Notes: generated by a model from the letters alone, not told the origin. 64,000 bases of DNA from Sphyrna mokarran (GCA_024679065.1 JAGIQG010000033.1:11966001-12030000); one strand, 5' to 3'; shown: positions 49,355 to 62,765, numbered from the stretch's first letter. Program-made: numbers and translations.

Positions 49355-50525
49355 ATTGGTCCATATCCCTCTAATCCATCCCTATCCCATGTACTTATCC
49401 CAAATGCTTTTTAAATGTTGCTATTGCGTACACCTCAACCTCTTTCTGTGGCAACTCATTCTATATACCTTCCGCCCTCTGCATAAAGAAGTTGTCCCTC
49501 AGGTCCCTTCTAAATCTTTCCCCTCTGACCTTAAATCTATGTTGTCTCATTTTTAATTCCTCTTCCCTGGGGAAAAAAATCCATGACTGCAATTTTCTTG
49601 TCCCACCCCGCCACGGGAATTGTACTGGGCAGGAGGACGGACCATGCAGGCGTCCATTGACCTCAGGTGGGATCTTCCAGTCCTGAGGCGGGAGCAGCTA
49701 GAAAATCCCGTCCATCCTATCAATGCCTCCCAATTTTATAGGCCTCAATAAGGTCGCAAACATTCTCCCATGTTCCAAGGAGTAAGCCCTGGCCTGGCCT
49801 GGCCAACCTCTCCCTATAACTCAGGCTCACGAATCCTGGCAACACATCCTCTTAAATCATCTCTGCACTCTTTCCAATGTCTTTCCAATAACAGGCTGAC
49901 CAAAAGTGGACACAAAAACTCCAACTGCAACCTTACAAATGACTTATACAACTGCAGTGTAGTGTCCCAACTCCTATACTCACAAATTTGGTTCCAATGC
50001 ATAGATCTACAAACATAGATAGGGATCATGGGTATAAGTGGGAACATCGGGGTGGCGGCGCGGGCTCGTTGGGCCGAAGGGCCTGTTTCCCGTGCTGTTT
50101 TGTTCTTTGTTCACTCAATACCTAGACTGATGAAGGCCAGTGCGGTAAAGTTTTTAAAAGTTTAAAGTTTATTTATTAAGTAGACTTTCATTAACTTGCC
50201 ATCAAGTTACCATGAAAATCCCTTTAGTGGTCACATTCCGGCACCTGTTCGGGTACACCGAGGGAGAATTTAGCACAGCCAATGCAACTAACCAGCAAGT
50301 CTTTTGGACTGTGGGGGGGAACCGGAGCAAACCCACGCAGACACAGGGAGAATGTGCAAACTCCAACAGACAGTGACCCAAGGCCGGATTCGAACTCGGG
50401 TCCCTGGCACTGTGAGGCAGTAGTGCTAACCACTGTGCCAAAGACTTCTTCACCATTCTGTCTACCTGTGAAGCTGCTTGTGCTTGTAACTCCTAGGTCC
50501 CTCTGTTCCTCAACACTCTGCAGGG
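49355..50525 (-). mobile_element. Fragmented CR1, interrupted by a MITE (49585-49713), a tail fragment (49985-50112) and a V-SINE (50150-50440)
   Basis: EYRSWDTTLQLYKSFVRLQLEFLC and SVEEQRDLGV segments in register across the insertions. Confidence 0.7.
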
Positions 50526-50694
50526 CCCTACCTGTCCCGAAATAAATACACAAATCCATACGGAGGATCAGCTTTGTAAAATTCAGGACAACCCTTTGTC
50601 AAGGATGCACTGGCAATAGAAATGACCGTGGGCAATGTCAAAATCCAGTTGGGCGTTCAATGAACATCAAATGGATTCCATTAAATTTTCCAGA

Positions 50695-51827
50695 TGTTAT
50701 GATGACTCTGTATCTGAAACACTAAGACCATAGCCTTCTGAATCTCTCAGGGCTCGAAAAGTCAGAACAGAGGACTACTTAGCCGTCTAACACAGCACCT
50801 CATCAGGGACAAGGGCTTTGGACTTTTACAGGCCCTATGAGGAAGGCAAACATGTTTGTTATCTGCTTTTTACATATAGAAAAAGAAATCAGATACCGCC
50901 AGAAATTATATCTAAGTTATCAAACCAGCAGCAAGACAGCTACACAGTCTCAGGAATACACCTGTGACTTTAAGAAATGTATCAGAGCCATGTTCTTGTT
51001 ATGTCTGTTGTAGCAGTTTTATATACTCGGGGCTGCCCTGTCTACTGGCATTCCGTGTCGTTGCTGCAGCAGCATAATTGCTTCCAACGGCTAGAGTGCT
51101 GGTTTTAATCTGAACTAATGCTGTTCTGGTGTTTTCCTTTGGGATTTTGTAGAGTGGAGCTTCATTGGGAGGTATAGTGATGCAACATGAATGCGGGGCT
51201 TACACAGAATATTCAAGCTTAGATGATGTTTTTTTTGAGAGAGCAGTGTCCCTCTTTTCCCCTCTTTGGAGTTGGAGACTAAAATCTGTCAGGAGATAAG
51301 TCTCTTTCCTTGAGATTTAGCTGTATGAGGGTGGATCTTTCTCTGAGACTTTCTGCTTTGAAAGCTGCAGAGGGAGAGGTATCTTTTTGTATCTCTAGGG
51401 TCTGGAAACTGGGAGCTGCCGGAGGCTGGGTTTACATCTCTGGGGTTTTGGAGCTATATCCTTCTCTGAAAACTCCTCCTGAACATCTGTCCAGAAGTCT
51501 GAAAATCCAACATCACATGAGCATACTTGTTTTTGTGCTGATTCTGATGAATATGGGGTATGGCTTTAAACTGGAAGACCAGAGATAGCTAGCTCTTAAA
51601 AATTACACTGTGTCATGTTTAAGTCTGGTAAAAGTTATGCTAATTCTTTTTGTTATATTTTAACTGTATTCTTCAATAAACTTTATTTGATTAAAGTTCC
51701 CAGAGGATCACTTGAATCATACATGGAGTGAAACATTTTATGCTCACTAGTGCCAAAATCAAATGTAAAACTTAGAGTCTAGGCTAACTTCACAAAATCA
51801 CTAGGAGTTTTGCTCTGCGTCTTAATA
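50695..51827 (+). mobile_element. Possible solo LTR
   Basis: Begins TGTTATGA and ends TCTTAATA (6/8 inverted match), with internal AATAAA at about 51675. No target-site duplication is evident. Confidence 0.3.
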
Positions 51828-52949
51828 ATATTGAAGGAGTCTTCCTACAACCTCAAGTTCACTTGAAAGCTGACCTACTGCAATTGAAATACAAGGCAGC
51901 TTTCAATCCCCTTGCTTTCATGAAGATTCCATTCCAGCTAAAGAATCAATTCATCCAAGAAACTATAAGCCTGCCATGTACGGGACTGCAACGATTTATG
52001 ATTGTTTCTTTCCCTTCATCCATATTCAAAGCATTGTGTTCATGACAGTGCGTGAGAGGGACATCACAAACCTCTTATTGGGGCAACCAATAACCCTTAT
52101 TTATTTAAAGTCACAAAAGCTTGCTGCTGGAAATCATTTCAACTAGGACACATCACTCTCGAGTGTGGGAAACTCAGCAATCTCACAGTATACAATACTT
52201 TGATCACAGACAACAATAAGTCCTTCCTCATGACTTGCCCCAATATGCTGACTTATTTTTCTGTAGAAATAGGCTGGAATTGCACTTTGTAGTCTAGTGT
52301 TTTACTTACAAAACTGGGTCTGTGCCAATGAACCACCAGATTCCTCCTCATCCTCTGTCACTCCAACCTAATACCATCTGGAGCACATGCAGAGGATTAG
52401 TTTAATCACGATGTGAATATTCAGCGATGAATTCTCAAGTCAAAAATATTTGGAAGGCAACCTAAATGTTTAATGTTTAATAGGTTTCTGGGTGCATAGA
52501 TCATTAGCACCTCTTTGAAATTTTCGCAGTCATTTACATGCCAACTTAACGCAAAGCTTCTCGTGGTATTTGGACTGAATACTGATTTAGCATGGAGCTT
52601 TTGCATGCTGGTTTGGGTGAGGGGTGCAAACATTGGTTCCTTCTATTAGTGGCTACTTTATGGGGAGGCGATGCCTTTTGATATTATTGCTATGTTCATG
52701 TTTTGAGGTACCAGGTTCGAATCCCTGCCACGGCAGACACTGGAATTTAAATTCAATTAAAAAAAAATCTGGAATTAAGAATCTACTGATGACCACGAAA
52801 CCTTTGTCGGAAAAGCACATCTGGTTCACTAATGTTCTTTGGAGAAGGAAATCTGCCTGGTCTAGCCTACTTGTGATTCCAGAGTCACAGCAATGTGGTT
52901 GAAACTCAATTGCCCTCCAAGGGCAACTAGGGATGGGCAATAAATGCTG

Positions 52950-53135
52950 ATGTAGAGATGCCAGCATTGGACTGGGGTAAACAGAGTAAGAAGTCTGACA
53001 ACACCAGGTTTAAATCCAACCGATTTATTTGATAGTAAACTCACAAGCTTTCGACCCTCTGGTCTTCTCCTCGTTCACCTGACAAAGTGAGTTTACTATC
53101 AAATAAATTGGTTGGATTTAAACCTGGTGTTGTCA
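52950..53135. mobile_element. Palindromic Penelope-like insertion with a 12-bp flanking duplication
   Basis: 49-bp inverted arms at 52996-53044 and 53087-53135 (1 mismatch); CAATAAATGCTG duplicated at 52938-52949 and 53136-53147. Related fragments at about 8850-8910 and 57615-57692. Confidence 0.7.
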
Positions 53136-54744
53136 CAATAAATGCTGGCCAGTCAGCAACACCCATGTCTCGTGAATTTTAAAAACTAATTAAGGGTCTA
53201 ATCTTGCCCAGCGTTCAGGGCACAGGGAAGTCCGGCCATGGACATTTCTACCCTTCACTTTTTTGAGGCAAGTACTGACCGGTGGCTGGTAATCATCAAG
53301 AGAAGCAATGGGTGACCCTCGACCTTCGACACTCCCCAGGCCAGAGCTGAGGACGCTGATCGGATATAATTTTTAATTGTGGGTGGCATTGCTGCCTCGC
53401 AGCACCAGGGATTCAGGTTTAATTCCGGCCTTGAGTGACTGTGTAAGAGTTTGCACATTCTCCCCTCACCCGCATAAGTTTCCTCCGGGTGCTCCAATCT
53501 CCTCTCACACTCCAAAGATGTGTAGGTTAGTGGATTGACCATGCTAAATTGCCCCTTACTGTCCCAAAGATGTGCAGGTTGGGTGAACTGGCCATGCTAA
53601 ATTGTCCCTTAGCATTTCAAGATGTGTAGGTTGGGTGAGATTTGCCATGACAAATGTGTGGGGGAACAGGGATAGGGTAGGGAGAGAGCTTGAATAAGAT
53701 ATTCTGTCAGAGAATGGGTACAGACTCAATGGGCTAAACGCCTACACTGTAGACGTTCTATGATTCTATCTTGGGAGGAGCAGCAGGTGAGTCTCACTCT
53801 GTAGCGCCCCTCAGAGTTGGGATGACAAGCATTCACCCTTTGCCATCCTCAAAACTCCACCCCTGGGGCTGGGTTTTCCAGCCTTGCTTGTCCCAGAACT
53901 GGAAAATCCTACGGTAGTCAATGGACCACCCCTCGTCCACTCCGAATCCCATGGCAGGTGGAATGGTAAAATTTGTCCCATGGTGTTTATATGGCTGGTC
54001 CATTTCAGTTTCTGATCAAAATGTTGATGGAGGGGGATTTACTAATGCTTGCCTTAAATGTTGAGGTTAGGTGGTTAGAAATTGAGTCAAAAATCATAGA
54101 AAACCTACAGTGCAGGAGTTCAGCCCATTGAGTCTGCACTCATTCTCTGACAGAATATCTGTCAGATACCTGACAGAGGCCATTAATCCCATCTAGTCTG
54201 AACTGACAACAATCTCACGTAGGCTCTATCCCCATAACCCCATTTACCGTACTAGTTCCCCAATACTAGGGGACAATTCAGCATGGCCAATCCACCTAAC
54301 CTACACGTCTTTGGACTGTGGGAGAAATCAGGAGCACCCAGAGGAAACTCATGCAGACATGAGGAGAATGTGCAAACTCCACACTGATAGTCACTCAAGT
54401 CAGGAAATGAACCTAGGTCAATCATCGTGAGGCAGCAGTGCTAACCACTGTGCACCATGCCGAATTGACAGACATCAGCAGAAGTCAAGGTGCTACACAG
54501 CAATCTGGGTCACATAAAGGTACAGATAGTGCATATCTTGATGGTTAGGAACTGAAAAGAGTTTGAAGTGTATTTATAGGCTTACATTAACATTACAATG
54601 AAGTTACTGTGAAAATCCCCTAGTCGTCTGTTCAGGTACACTGAGAATTTAACACCTAACCAGCATGTCTTTGGAGCGTGGGAGGAAACAGGGGCACCCG
54701 GAGGAAACCTGAGCAGACACGGGGAGAATGTGCACACTCTGTAC

Positions 54745-55120
54745 GGAGTTGGCTAAGGGGTGATCTTATAGAGGTCTATAAAGTAACGAGGGGCACGGAT
54801 CAGTTAGATAGTCAACATCTTTTCCCAAAGGTAGGGGAGTCTAAAACTAGAGGGCATAGGTTTAAGGAGCGAGGGGAGAGATACAAAAATGTTTTTCCAC
54901 ACAAAGGGTGGTGAGTGTCTGGAACGAGATACCAGAGGCAGTAGTGGAGGCAGTACAATTTTGTCTTTTAAAATAACATTTAGACAGTTACATGGGTAAG
55001 ATGGGCTTAGGGGGATATGGGCCAAACGCAGGCAATTGGGACAAGGTCAATGGCTCAAAAGAAAGGAACAGCATAGACAGGTTGAGCTGAAGAGCCTGGC
55101 TCCATGCTGTAAACCTCTGT
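54745..55120 (+). mobile_element. CR1 3' fragment
   Basis: LRGDLIEVYK...LFPKVGESKTRGHRFK; a related antisense copy lies at about 27985-28260. Confidence 0.78.
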
Positions 55121-55244
55121 GCTGGAATTTTACCACCCGGCCTGTCACGGGGATCAGAGAGGGACGGACAATGGGAAGGTTTGTTGACCTTGGGCAGGAT
55201 TTTACGGTGTCCAAGATGAGAGAGAACGCCATAAAATCCTGCCC
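55120..55244. mobile_element. ~125-bp MITE family member
   Basis: Ends gctggaattttacc / taaaatcctgccc; core ttgacct. Related copies at about 6430-6551, 16138-16261, 39190-39318, 49585-49713 and 53865-53980. Confidence 0.6.
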
Positions 55245-56603
55245 TATGCCTCTACAAGTGACACAAGCTGGGAATTAAACTCCTGGTACCGTGAGGCAGC
55301 AGCGCTGACCACCGTGCAAACTCTGATGACGTGGGGAGAGGCAGGCGACTCTTCTACTCACTCCCTTTATTGGATATTGGTTGAGTTTCCCAATTGCGTT
55401 ACCTAATAAGCATTGATAAGATAGAGGCACAGACGTTATGACACAAAAGAAGGTGGCCAATTTATGAAAGACAGCACTTTAAGCAACAGATTGTAGAGGA
55501 ACCATTCTTGACAAGAATTAAATTGGATGTCATAATGGTATTGGAGAATCTACTGATGAGGTAGGGCACTCAAAGAACACAATTTAGATTTGGAATGAAT
55601 TAAAGTAAGTTCAGGCAGCACTTTAGAGACCCATTCTAATTGCAAATCTCAATTTTAGTGATGACAGCTGCTTCAAAGCAAGTTACATAATGAATATTAA
55701 ATAAAAATCTCAGACATGCTCCTACAAATGGCTCCAGATCACAAGGTCACATTAAGAACACCCACTCAACACTTTCTTCTGTCTGAATTAGGCTTCCTGC
55801 ATCTTGGAACTATCAGTCTGACACCAGTCACTCAGTTTAGCAACACACACTTTAAAACCCCCTTCATTACTCCTCCCAGCGTGAAACTGCCACCTCCAAG
55901 AACAAAAGTGGAGCAGGAAAAATTGCAAAGTGAGGTTTGCACTTGTATAGTGTCTTCCTTGATCTTGAACTTTTAAAACTTAACAGCCAATAGAGGCATT
56001 AATGTAATGCGACACGATATTTTTGGGTGAATTAATCAACGGCGCTGCTGCCTCACAACTCCAGGGATCCGGGTTCGATTCCCGGCTTGGGTCACTGTCT
56101 GTGCAGAGTCTGCATGGTCTCCCCATGTCTGCGTGGGTTTCCTCCGGGTAATCCAGTTTTCTCCCACAGACCAAAAGAACGCGGGGTTAGGTGCATTTGC
56201 AATGCTAAATTAACCTACGCATCTCAGGACACTAAGGGGTAGAGGGATTTGCAGGATAAACATGTGGGGTTACAGGGATAGGGCCTGGATGAGGATTGTA
56301 TCAGTGCAGACTCAATAGGCCAAATGACCTCCTTCTGCACTGTAGGGATTCTAGGATTCTCAGACGAAATTTGTATTTATATAGTGTTTTTCACCATCTC
56401 TAAACATTTCAAACAGAGAATTAAGTACCTAAAATTTAAAAGTTTTGTTTTAAAGTTTATTTATTAGTGTCACGAGTAGGCTTACATTAACAAAAAGAAA
56501 TTCCCTAGCCTCCGACACCTATTTGGGTACACTAAAGGGAGAATTTAGCACAGCCAATCAACCTAACCTGCACATCTTTGAAGTGTGGGAGGAAACCGGA
56601 ACA

Positions 56604-57196
56604 TGGGGATTGAATTTCGGAGCCGCAATGTCATGTTGCAACCGTACAAAACTCTAGCGCAGCCGCACTTGGAGTATTGTGTACAGTTCTGGTCCCCACA
56701 TTAGAAGACAGATGTGGAGGCATTGGAGGGGGTACATAGGAGGTTTACCAGGATGTTGCCTGGTATGGAGGGCAGGTCTTATGAAGAGAGGCTGAGGAAT
56801 TTGAGGTTGTTTTCGTTAGAAAGAAGGTGGCTAAGAGGAGACCTTATTGAAACATATAAGATGATTAGAGGTTTAGATAGGGTGGACAGTGATAGCCTTT
56901 TTCCTCTGATAGAGAAAGCTAGCACGAAGGGACATAGCTTTAAATTAAGGGGTGGTAGTTATAGGACGGATGTCAGAGGTAGGTTCTTTACCCAGAGGGT
57001 GGTAAGGGTATGGGATGCCCTGCCTGTGGCAGTTGTAGACGCAACAAGTTTGGTGGCGTTTAAGAGGTTAGTAGATAAGTTTATGGATGAAAAGGGAATA
57101 GTTTAGGTTAGAGGGTCATTGCTTTTTCTTAGTTGGTCGGCGCAACATCGAAGGCCAAAAGGCCTGTTCTGTGCTGTAATGTTCTATGTTCTATGC
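56604..57196 (+). mobile_element. Young CR1 3' fragment inserted into an antisense V-SINE
   Basis: ORF 56714-57106, similar to 25560-26146, with (TTCTATG)n tail. Host SINE halves at 56440-56603 and 57197-57320 rejoin (ggaaaccgga..|cacccagagg). Confidence 0.9.
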
Positions 57197-57321
57197 ACCC
57201 AGAGGAAACCCACGCAGACATGGAGAGGATGTGCAGACTCCACACTGACAGTGACCCAAGTCGGGAATTGAACCCAGATCCCTGGCGCTGAGAGGCAGCA
57301 GTGCTAACCACTGCATCGCCC

Positions 57322-58185
57322 ATATCTTACTGCAGTGATACAGGGTATTGGTGAGATCATACCTCGGATATTGGTCTTCCTTCCTAAGAGAGGATATGCT
57401 TCTCTTAGAGGGAGTGCAATGGAGGTTCACTGGGCTGGTACCAGGGTTGGCGAGGGTGTCCTATGAGGAGAGATTGGTTCAATTTGGCCTGTATTCATTA
57501 GAGATTAGAAGGACGGGAGGAGATCTGATGGAAACATATAAAATTCCACCAGGATTGGACATATTAGATGCAGGGAGGATGTTTTCCCTGGTTGAGGAAT
57601 CGAGAACATAAAGAAATCTCACAACACCAGTTTGAAGTCTGGGATTTCTTTGTGTTTTACCTCAGTCCAACGCTGGCATCTCCATATCATGGGGAATCTA
57701 GAACCAGGGGTCACAGTTGAAAGGATACTCGATAAAGCATTTAGGACACAAATGAGGAAAAACTTAATCGCTCAGGGGGTGGCGAATCTGTGGAGTTCTC
57801 GGAAATGCCACCATCGGGAAATTCACTTCCAAGTCACTTGCCATCCTATCTTGGATATACGTTGATTGTTCCTCATTGTTGGTGGGTGGAAATCCTGGAA
57901 CTCCCTCCCTGACAGCACTGAGGGTGTACGTACACCAGATAGACTGCAGTCGTTCAAGAAAATCACCAGCATCTTCTTGAAGGTAACTAGGGGTTACCTA
58001 GTGGAGACTGAGTCACTGAATGTGTTCAAGAAAGAGGTGTTTTAGATTTTAGTGGCATCAAGGATTAGGGTTGGGCATGGGGAGAAATTGAGATTATTGC
58101 ATTGAGATAGAGGAACAGCTGTTATTGAATAGCGGAGCTGGCTCAAAGGGCCAAATGGCCTACTCCTGCTCCTAATTTCTATATT
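57322..58185 (+). mobile_element. Older CR1 3' fragment interrupted at 57610-57692 and 57798-58000
   Basis: LVRSYLGY...LEGVQWRFTGLVPG...SYEERL; tail aagggccaaatggcctactcctgctcct. Confidence 0.75.
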
Positions 58186-59508
58186 TCACAGCAAGGTCAA
58201 GGTTGAAATATGGGAAATATTTCTGCCCGAGACCTTGTAGGAAACTAATCTAACTGGAACTTAGAACACTAATCTTTCAGGAGCTAATCCCTGTTTTGAC
58301 AAAGGGTTATCTGGACTCGAACGCTCAGCTCTCTTCTCTCTTTACAAATGCTGCCTGACCTGCTGAGATTTTCTCTTTTGGTTTCAGAAGGGGTTACCTA
58401 CCCCTTATCGCAATCAGCACCTTCTGGTGATGTCCAGTATCTCGCATGACAGTAAAGCATACGTCTACTCCAAAAAGGTGGATCTAACAGAAGTAAAAGG
58501 CTGGAGGCAGTGCATGGAATTGCAACAATCCTACTGTTATATCAATTCTTTCACACAGTTCTGTCGCGTTACAAAGAAAATTCAGGCAGACTCATCAGCT
58601 CCAGGTATCTGCGGTGCTGGACATGACTATAGAGTCTGCTAGGACTTCCTGGACAAAGAGAAATGTTCTTTTTTTAATCTTCCATGGGCCTCGCTGGCTG
58701 GGCCAACATTTATTGCCCACCCCTAGTTACCTTCAAGAAGATGCTGGTGATTTTCTTGAACGACTGCAGTCTATCTGATGTACGTACACCCTCAGTGCTG
58801 TCAGGGAGGGAGTTCCAGGATTTCCACCCACCGACAATGAGGAACAATCAACGTATATCCAAGATAGGATGGCAAGTGACTTGGAAGTGAATTTCCCGAT
58901 GGTGGCATTTCCGAGCATCTGCTGCCCTTGTCTTTCGAGATGGTAGATTCATCACGATCATAGCTTATCATCCAACTCAATAGCCTAATCTTGCTTACTC
59001 CTCATAACCTTTAATCCCGTTCAGCGGAGGAAATCCAAGCAGAGACAGGGAGAATGTTCAAACACCACACACAACAGTCACCTGAGGCTAGAATTGAACC
59101 CGGGTCCCTGGCGCCGTGAGGCGGCAGTGCTAACCACTGTGCCACATGCAAGCGAACTGGCAGAAAGGTCGGGGTCATCCTTGCAGACTGAGCAATGACG
59201 TTCCACCCAGTCGGCGTTTAGTCTCCCCAGTGCAGAAGGTTGATTTATGTGGGATCTTGCTGTGCACAAGTTGATTGCTCTATGTCGTACATTTACAGCA
59301 GTGACTGATTCTACAAAGCATTGGCTGGAAAATGCTGTGGGGCATCATGAGGTCAAGAAGGAAAATGCAAGTCTTTGCTTCCTTCTGTATTTGCCCTGCC
59401 CTCAAGATTGACTTGTTGAGTTGCTCTCACTGAATGCATAATTGCTAAAATGCCCAAGTGTCATCGGTTACCTCATGCTCATGAGAAAGTGTGCTTCTCA
59501 TGGACAAT

Positions 59509-59527
59509 TGTTGCCACCTAGTGGCTG
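59509..59527 (-). promoter_or_regulatory. Candidate CTCF binding site
   Basis: Minus strand CAGCCACTAGGTGGCAACA matches the CTCF core CCASYAGRKGGCR and lies in non-repetitive sequence. Confidence 0.5.
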
Positions 59528-60597
59528 GAGCTCATTGGCAGACACTGAATCACAACAGCAGCAGATCAAATAAGAACAATTAAAAAGATATTGTCGGAGC
59601 TTTTCAAAATAGTTCATTCAAAAGGAAGGCAGTTAGGAGAGGGGCAGATTTCCAGAGAGTGGGTAATGGGGTGGCATAGTGATCAGCACTGCTGCCTCAC
59701 AGCGTCAGGGATCCAAGTTTGATTCCCAGCTTAGGATCCTGGGCATTCTCTTTTCCACCTTCTTCCATCAGGGAAAAAATACAAAATCTTCAAAATACAT
59801 ACCAGCCAACTCATGCACAGCTTCTTCCCTGCTGCCATCAGACTTTTGAATGGATCTACCCTGCACTAAGTTGATTTTTCTCTACATTTTTCTCCAAGAT
59901 GGCATCGCGGCAAGGTGACTTTTTGCAAGCAATGCCCAACATACCTTCCAATTCTTTCACTCACTTTGAAAACTTCATTCTAACTCTTTTAAACTCTCTA
60001 ATAATGCTTTAATTCAATTTCTTACTTTTGAATGGACCTACCTTGCATTAAATTGATCTTTCTCTACACCCTAGCTATGACTGTAACACGACATTCTGCA
60101 CCCTCTCCTTTCCTTCTCTGTGAACGGTATGCTTTGTCTGTATAGCATGCAAGAAACAATACTTTTCACTGTATACTAAGGCATGCAACAATAATAAATC
60201 AAATCAAACCAATAATGATACATCATGGAATCCACGATTGCTATTTATTATTTTATAGTTCCAGGCAATATGGCAAAAAATGCCACGATTGCCGCTGGTG
60301 GGCCCAATGCCATGTTTCCTACCCAATGTCAACCTTTGTAGAGAACAATCTTGCCCACTGACTCCTGGAGTACTGTTCAGATAGCGGTGCCCAAACAGTG
60401 GGCACTAATTCAGGTCACAACACCAAGGATAGTGAGAAACAAAAAAAAACACATTAATCTCGTCCTATCTTCAAATTTCAGTCATGGATTGAAAGTAATC
60501 ACAAGATCTGAAACCTAGATTTAGCAAAAATCAACCCCCCCTCCCTCCCCCCCGACAATCAACCAATCCTGATCGCCAAATTGGAGATCAGACCCAA

Positions 60598-60980
60598 CGG
60601 AAGGAGGTGGAAGAGAGAATGTCCGGATTGCACGGAGTCCTTAGGCTGCTTTGCCGAGGCAGCGGGAAGTGTAGACAGAGTCAATGGATGGGAGGTTGGC
60701 TTGTGCGATGGATTGGGCTACATTCATGACTTGTCGTAGCTCCTTGTGGTTCTGGGACAGAGCAGGGGCCCATACCAAGCTGTGGTACAACCGGAAAGGA
60801 TGTTTTCTAGGTGCCTCTGTAAAAACTGGGGAGAGGTGTAGCGGACATACCGAATTTCTTTAGTCTCCTGAGAAAGTAGAGGCATTTACGGGCTTTAACT
60901 ATAGCATTGGCGTTTATCGGTGATCTGGACCCCTAGAAACCTGAAGCAATTGACCCCTTTCCGCTTCGTCCCTATTAACA
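60598..60980 (-). mobile_element. Rex1/Babar internal ORF2 fragment
   Basis: Reverse complement of FLGVQI...FLRRLKKFG...LSGCTTAWYG...LPSIDSVYTSRCLGKAA. Confidence 0.75.
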
Positions 60981-62407
60981 CGCTGCTTTGATGGTTCTTT
61001 TTGTTGGTTTCAGAGGTGGCATTAATTTGCAATTGTCAAAATGGGGTGAGAAAGGTTTGGGAAGCGTTGTGTTATGAACAGGTTGGAACAACCTTCCTAT
61101 TCCTTTAGCTGCACTGCACCCGAGTGGTGGAAAGAAGCTTTGCACCTTGTGTGTTTCGGATGATTCAATCTGGATTTAAATGGCACGTTGCACTTTATTT
61201 TATCATTTCTTGCTCTAAACAACAAACAGTTTAAGATCAACTTGTATTGGCATATCTTCCAGGGCAATACTTCCAATCGGAAGATTTGAACCTAAAACTG
61301 GGGCAGTTGGAATGAGCAGTAAGCCTAGAATCCCGACAGTGACAAAGGAGGCCATTTGGCCCATCGAGTTGGCACTGACCACAATCCTACCTAGGTCCTA
61401 TCCCCATAATCCCATATATTTCCCCTGCAAGTCTCTCGACACTGAGGGGCAATTTAACATGGCCAATCCATCTAAACCTGAACCAACCATCCAAAGAATA
61501 AAAAACACATCTTTCAGACTGTGGGAGGAAACCGGAGCACCCACAGGAAAACCCACGCAGACATGGGGAGAACGTGCAACAGACAGTGACCCAAGCTGGA
61601 AATCGAACCCGGTTCCCTGGCGCTGTGAAGCAGCAGTGCTAACCACTGTGCCATAGTTAGCATTTTGGCATTAGGCCCTTCTGAAATTGCCCCTTAGTAT
61701 CAGGAGTATTAGCAGGGTAAATATGTGGGATTACGGGGATAGGGCCTGCGTGGGATTGTGGTCAGTGCAGACTCGATGGATTGAAAGGCCTCCTTCTGCA
61801 CCGTAGGGATTCTATCAAAGTGAGATGCCATTTCGCAGTCTGAAGCATCGATGCTCTTGTATACTTTGCGTCTGACAATCATTATCCCCTCAAATAAATT
61901 ACAGCAACCTATTGATTCACAGCTTTGCGGCAGACCGTTAGTTAATCAGAAACATCCCTATCACCCGCCAAAGTGGGTAATTATTCGGAATAACTTGCAG
62001 CAGATTACACCGAGCAGTCACCGTTAGTTACTGAAACATCCTGATTTTAAACAGCACAATGTTACAACTTGATGGACTGGTATCAAGGGAGAAGTGATGG
62101 CATAATGGTATTATCACTGGGCTATTAGTCTAGAAACTCAGCTAATACCCTGGGGACCAGGGTTCGAATCCCACCACAACAGATAGTGGAATTTGAATTC
62201 AAGTTAAAAACATCTGGAATTAAAAATCTACTGATGACCATTGTTGATTATGGGAAAAACCCATCTGGCTTGCTAATGTCATTTAGAGAAAGGAAGTCTG
62301 CCTTCCTTACCCAGTCTGGCCTACATGTGACACCAGAGCCACAGCAACGTGACTGACTCTCAACTGTCCTCGGACAACTCGGGGTGGGCTATAAAGGCTG
62401 GCCAGAG

Positions 62408-62532
62408 GCCACCCCTGGTGGAATGGTGACCCCGGGTGGAGTGGCGACCCCTGGCTGAATGGCCACCGTGGGCAGAATGGTGACCCTGGGCGGAAGGTCA
62501 ACCCGGATGGAAGGGCAACCCCGGGCAGATGG
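62408..62532 (+). repeat. Degenerate 18-bp tandem repeat, about 7 copies
   Basis: gccacccctggtggaatg / gtgaccccgggtggagtg / gcgacccctggctgaatg / gccaccgtgggcagaatg and further copies. Confidence 0.8.
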
Positions 62533-62574
62533 GCAGCTTTTATTTCCTGCCCTGTTCTCACACTTTTGCCTATC

Positions 62575-62765
62575 CAATTACATCTAAGAAATATGACAAC
62601 CAATCTGCCCACTGCAAACCCCCACAAAGAGCGATGTGATAACGATCGGATAATCTGTTTTCCGTGATGTTAATCGAGGGATAAACATTGGCCTCAACAC
62701 CGGGTAGGATTCCCCTGCTCTTCTTTGATGTGGCGCCCTGCAATCTTTCACGCCCGTATCTGAGG
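62575..62765 (-). mobile_element. Old DeuSINE-like (SacSINE1/AmnSINE1-type) fragment
   Basis: Reverse complement aagaagagcaggggaatcctacccggtgttgaggccaatgtttatccctcg...cagattatc...tttgtggg resembles the Deu-domain as I recall it. Related fragments at about 2140-2240, 6310-6420, 19490-19640, 40000-40110 and 59245-59380. Confidence 0.55.
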
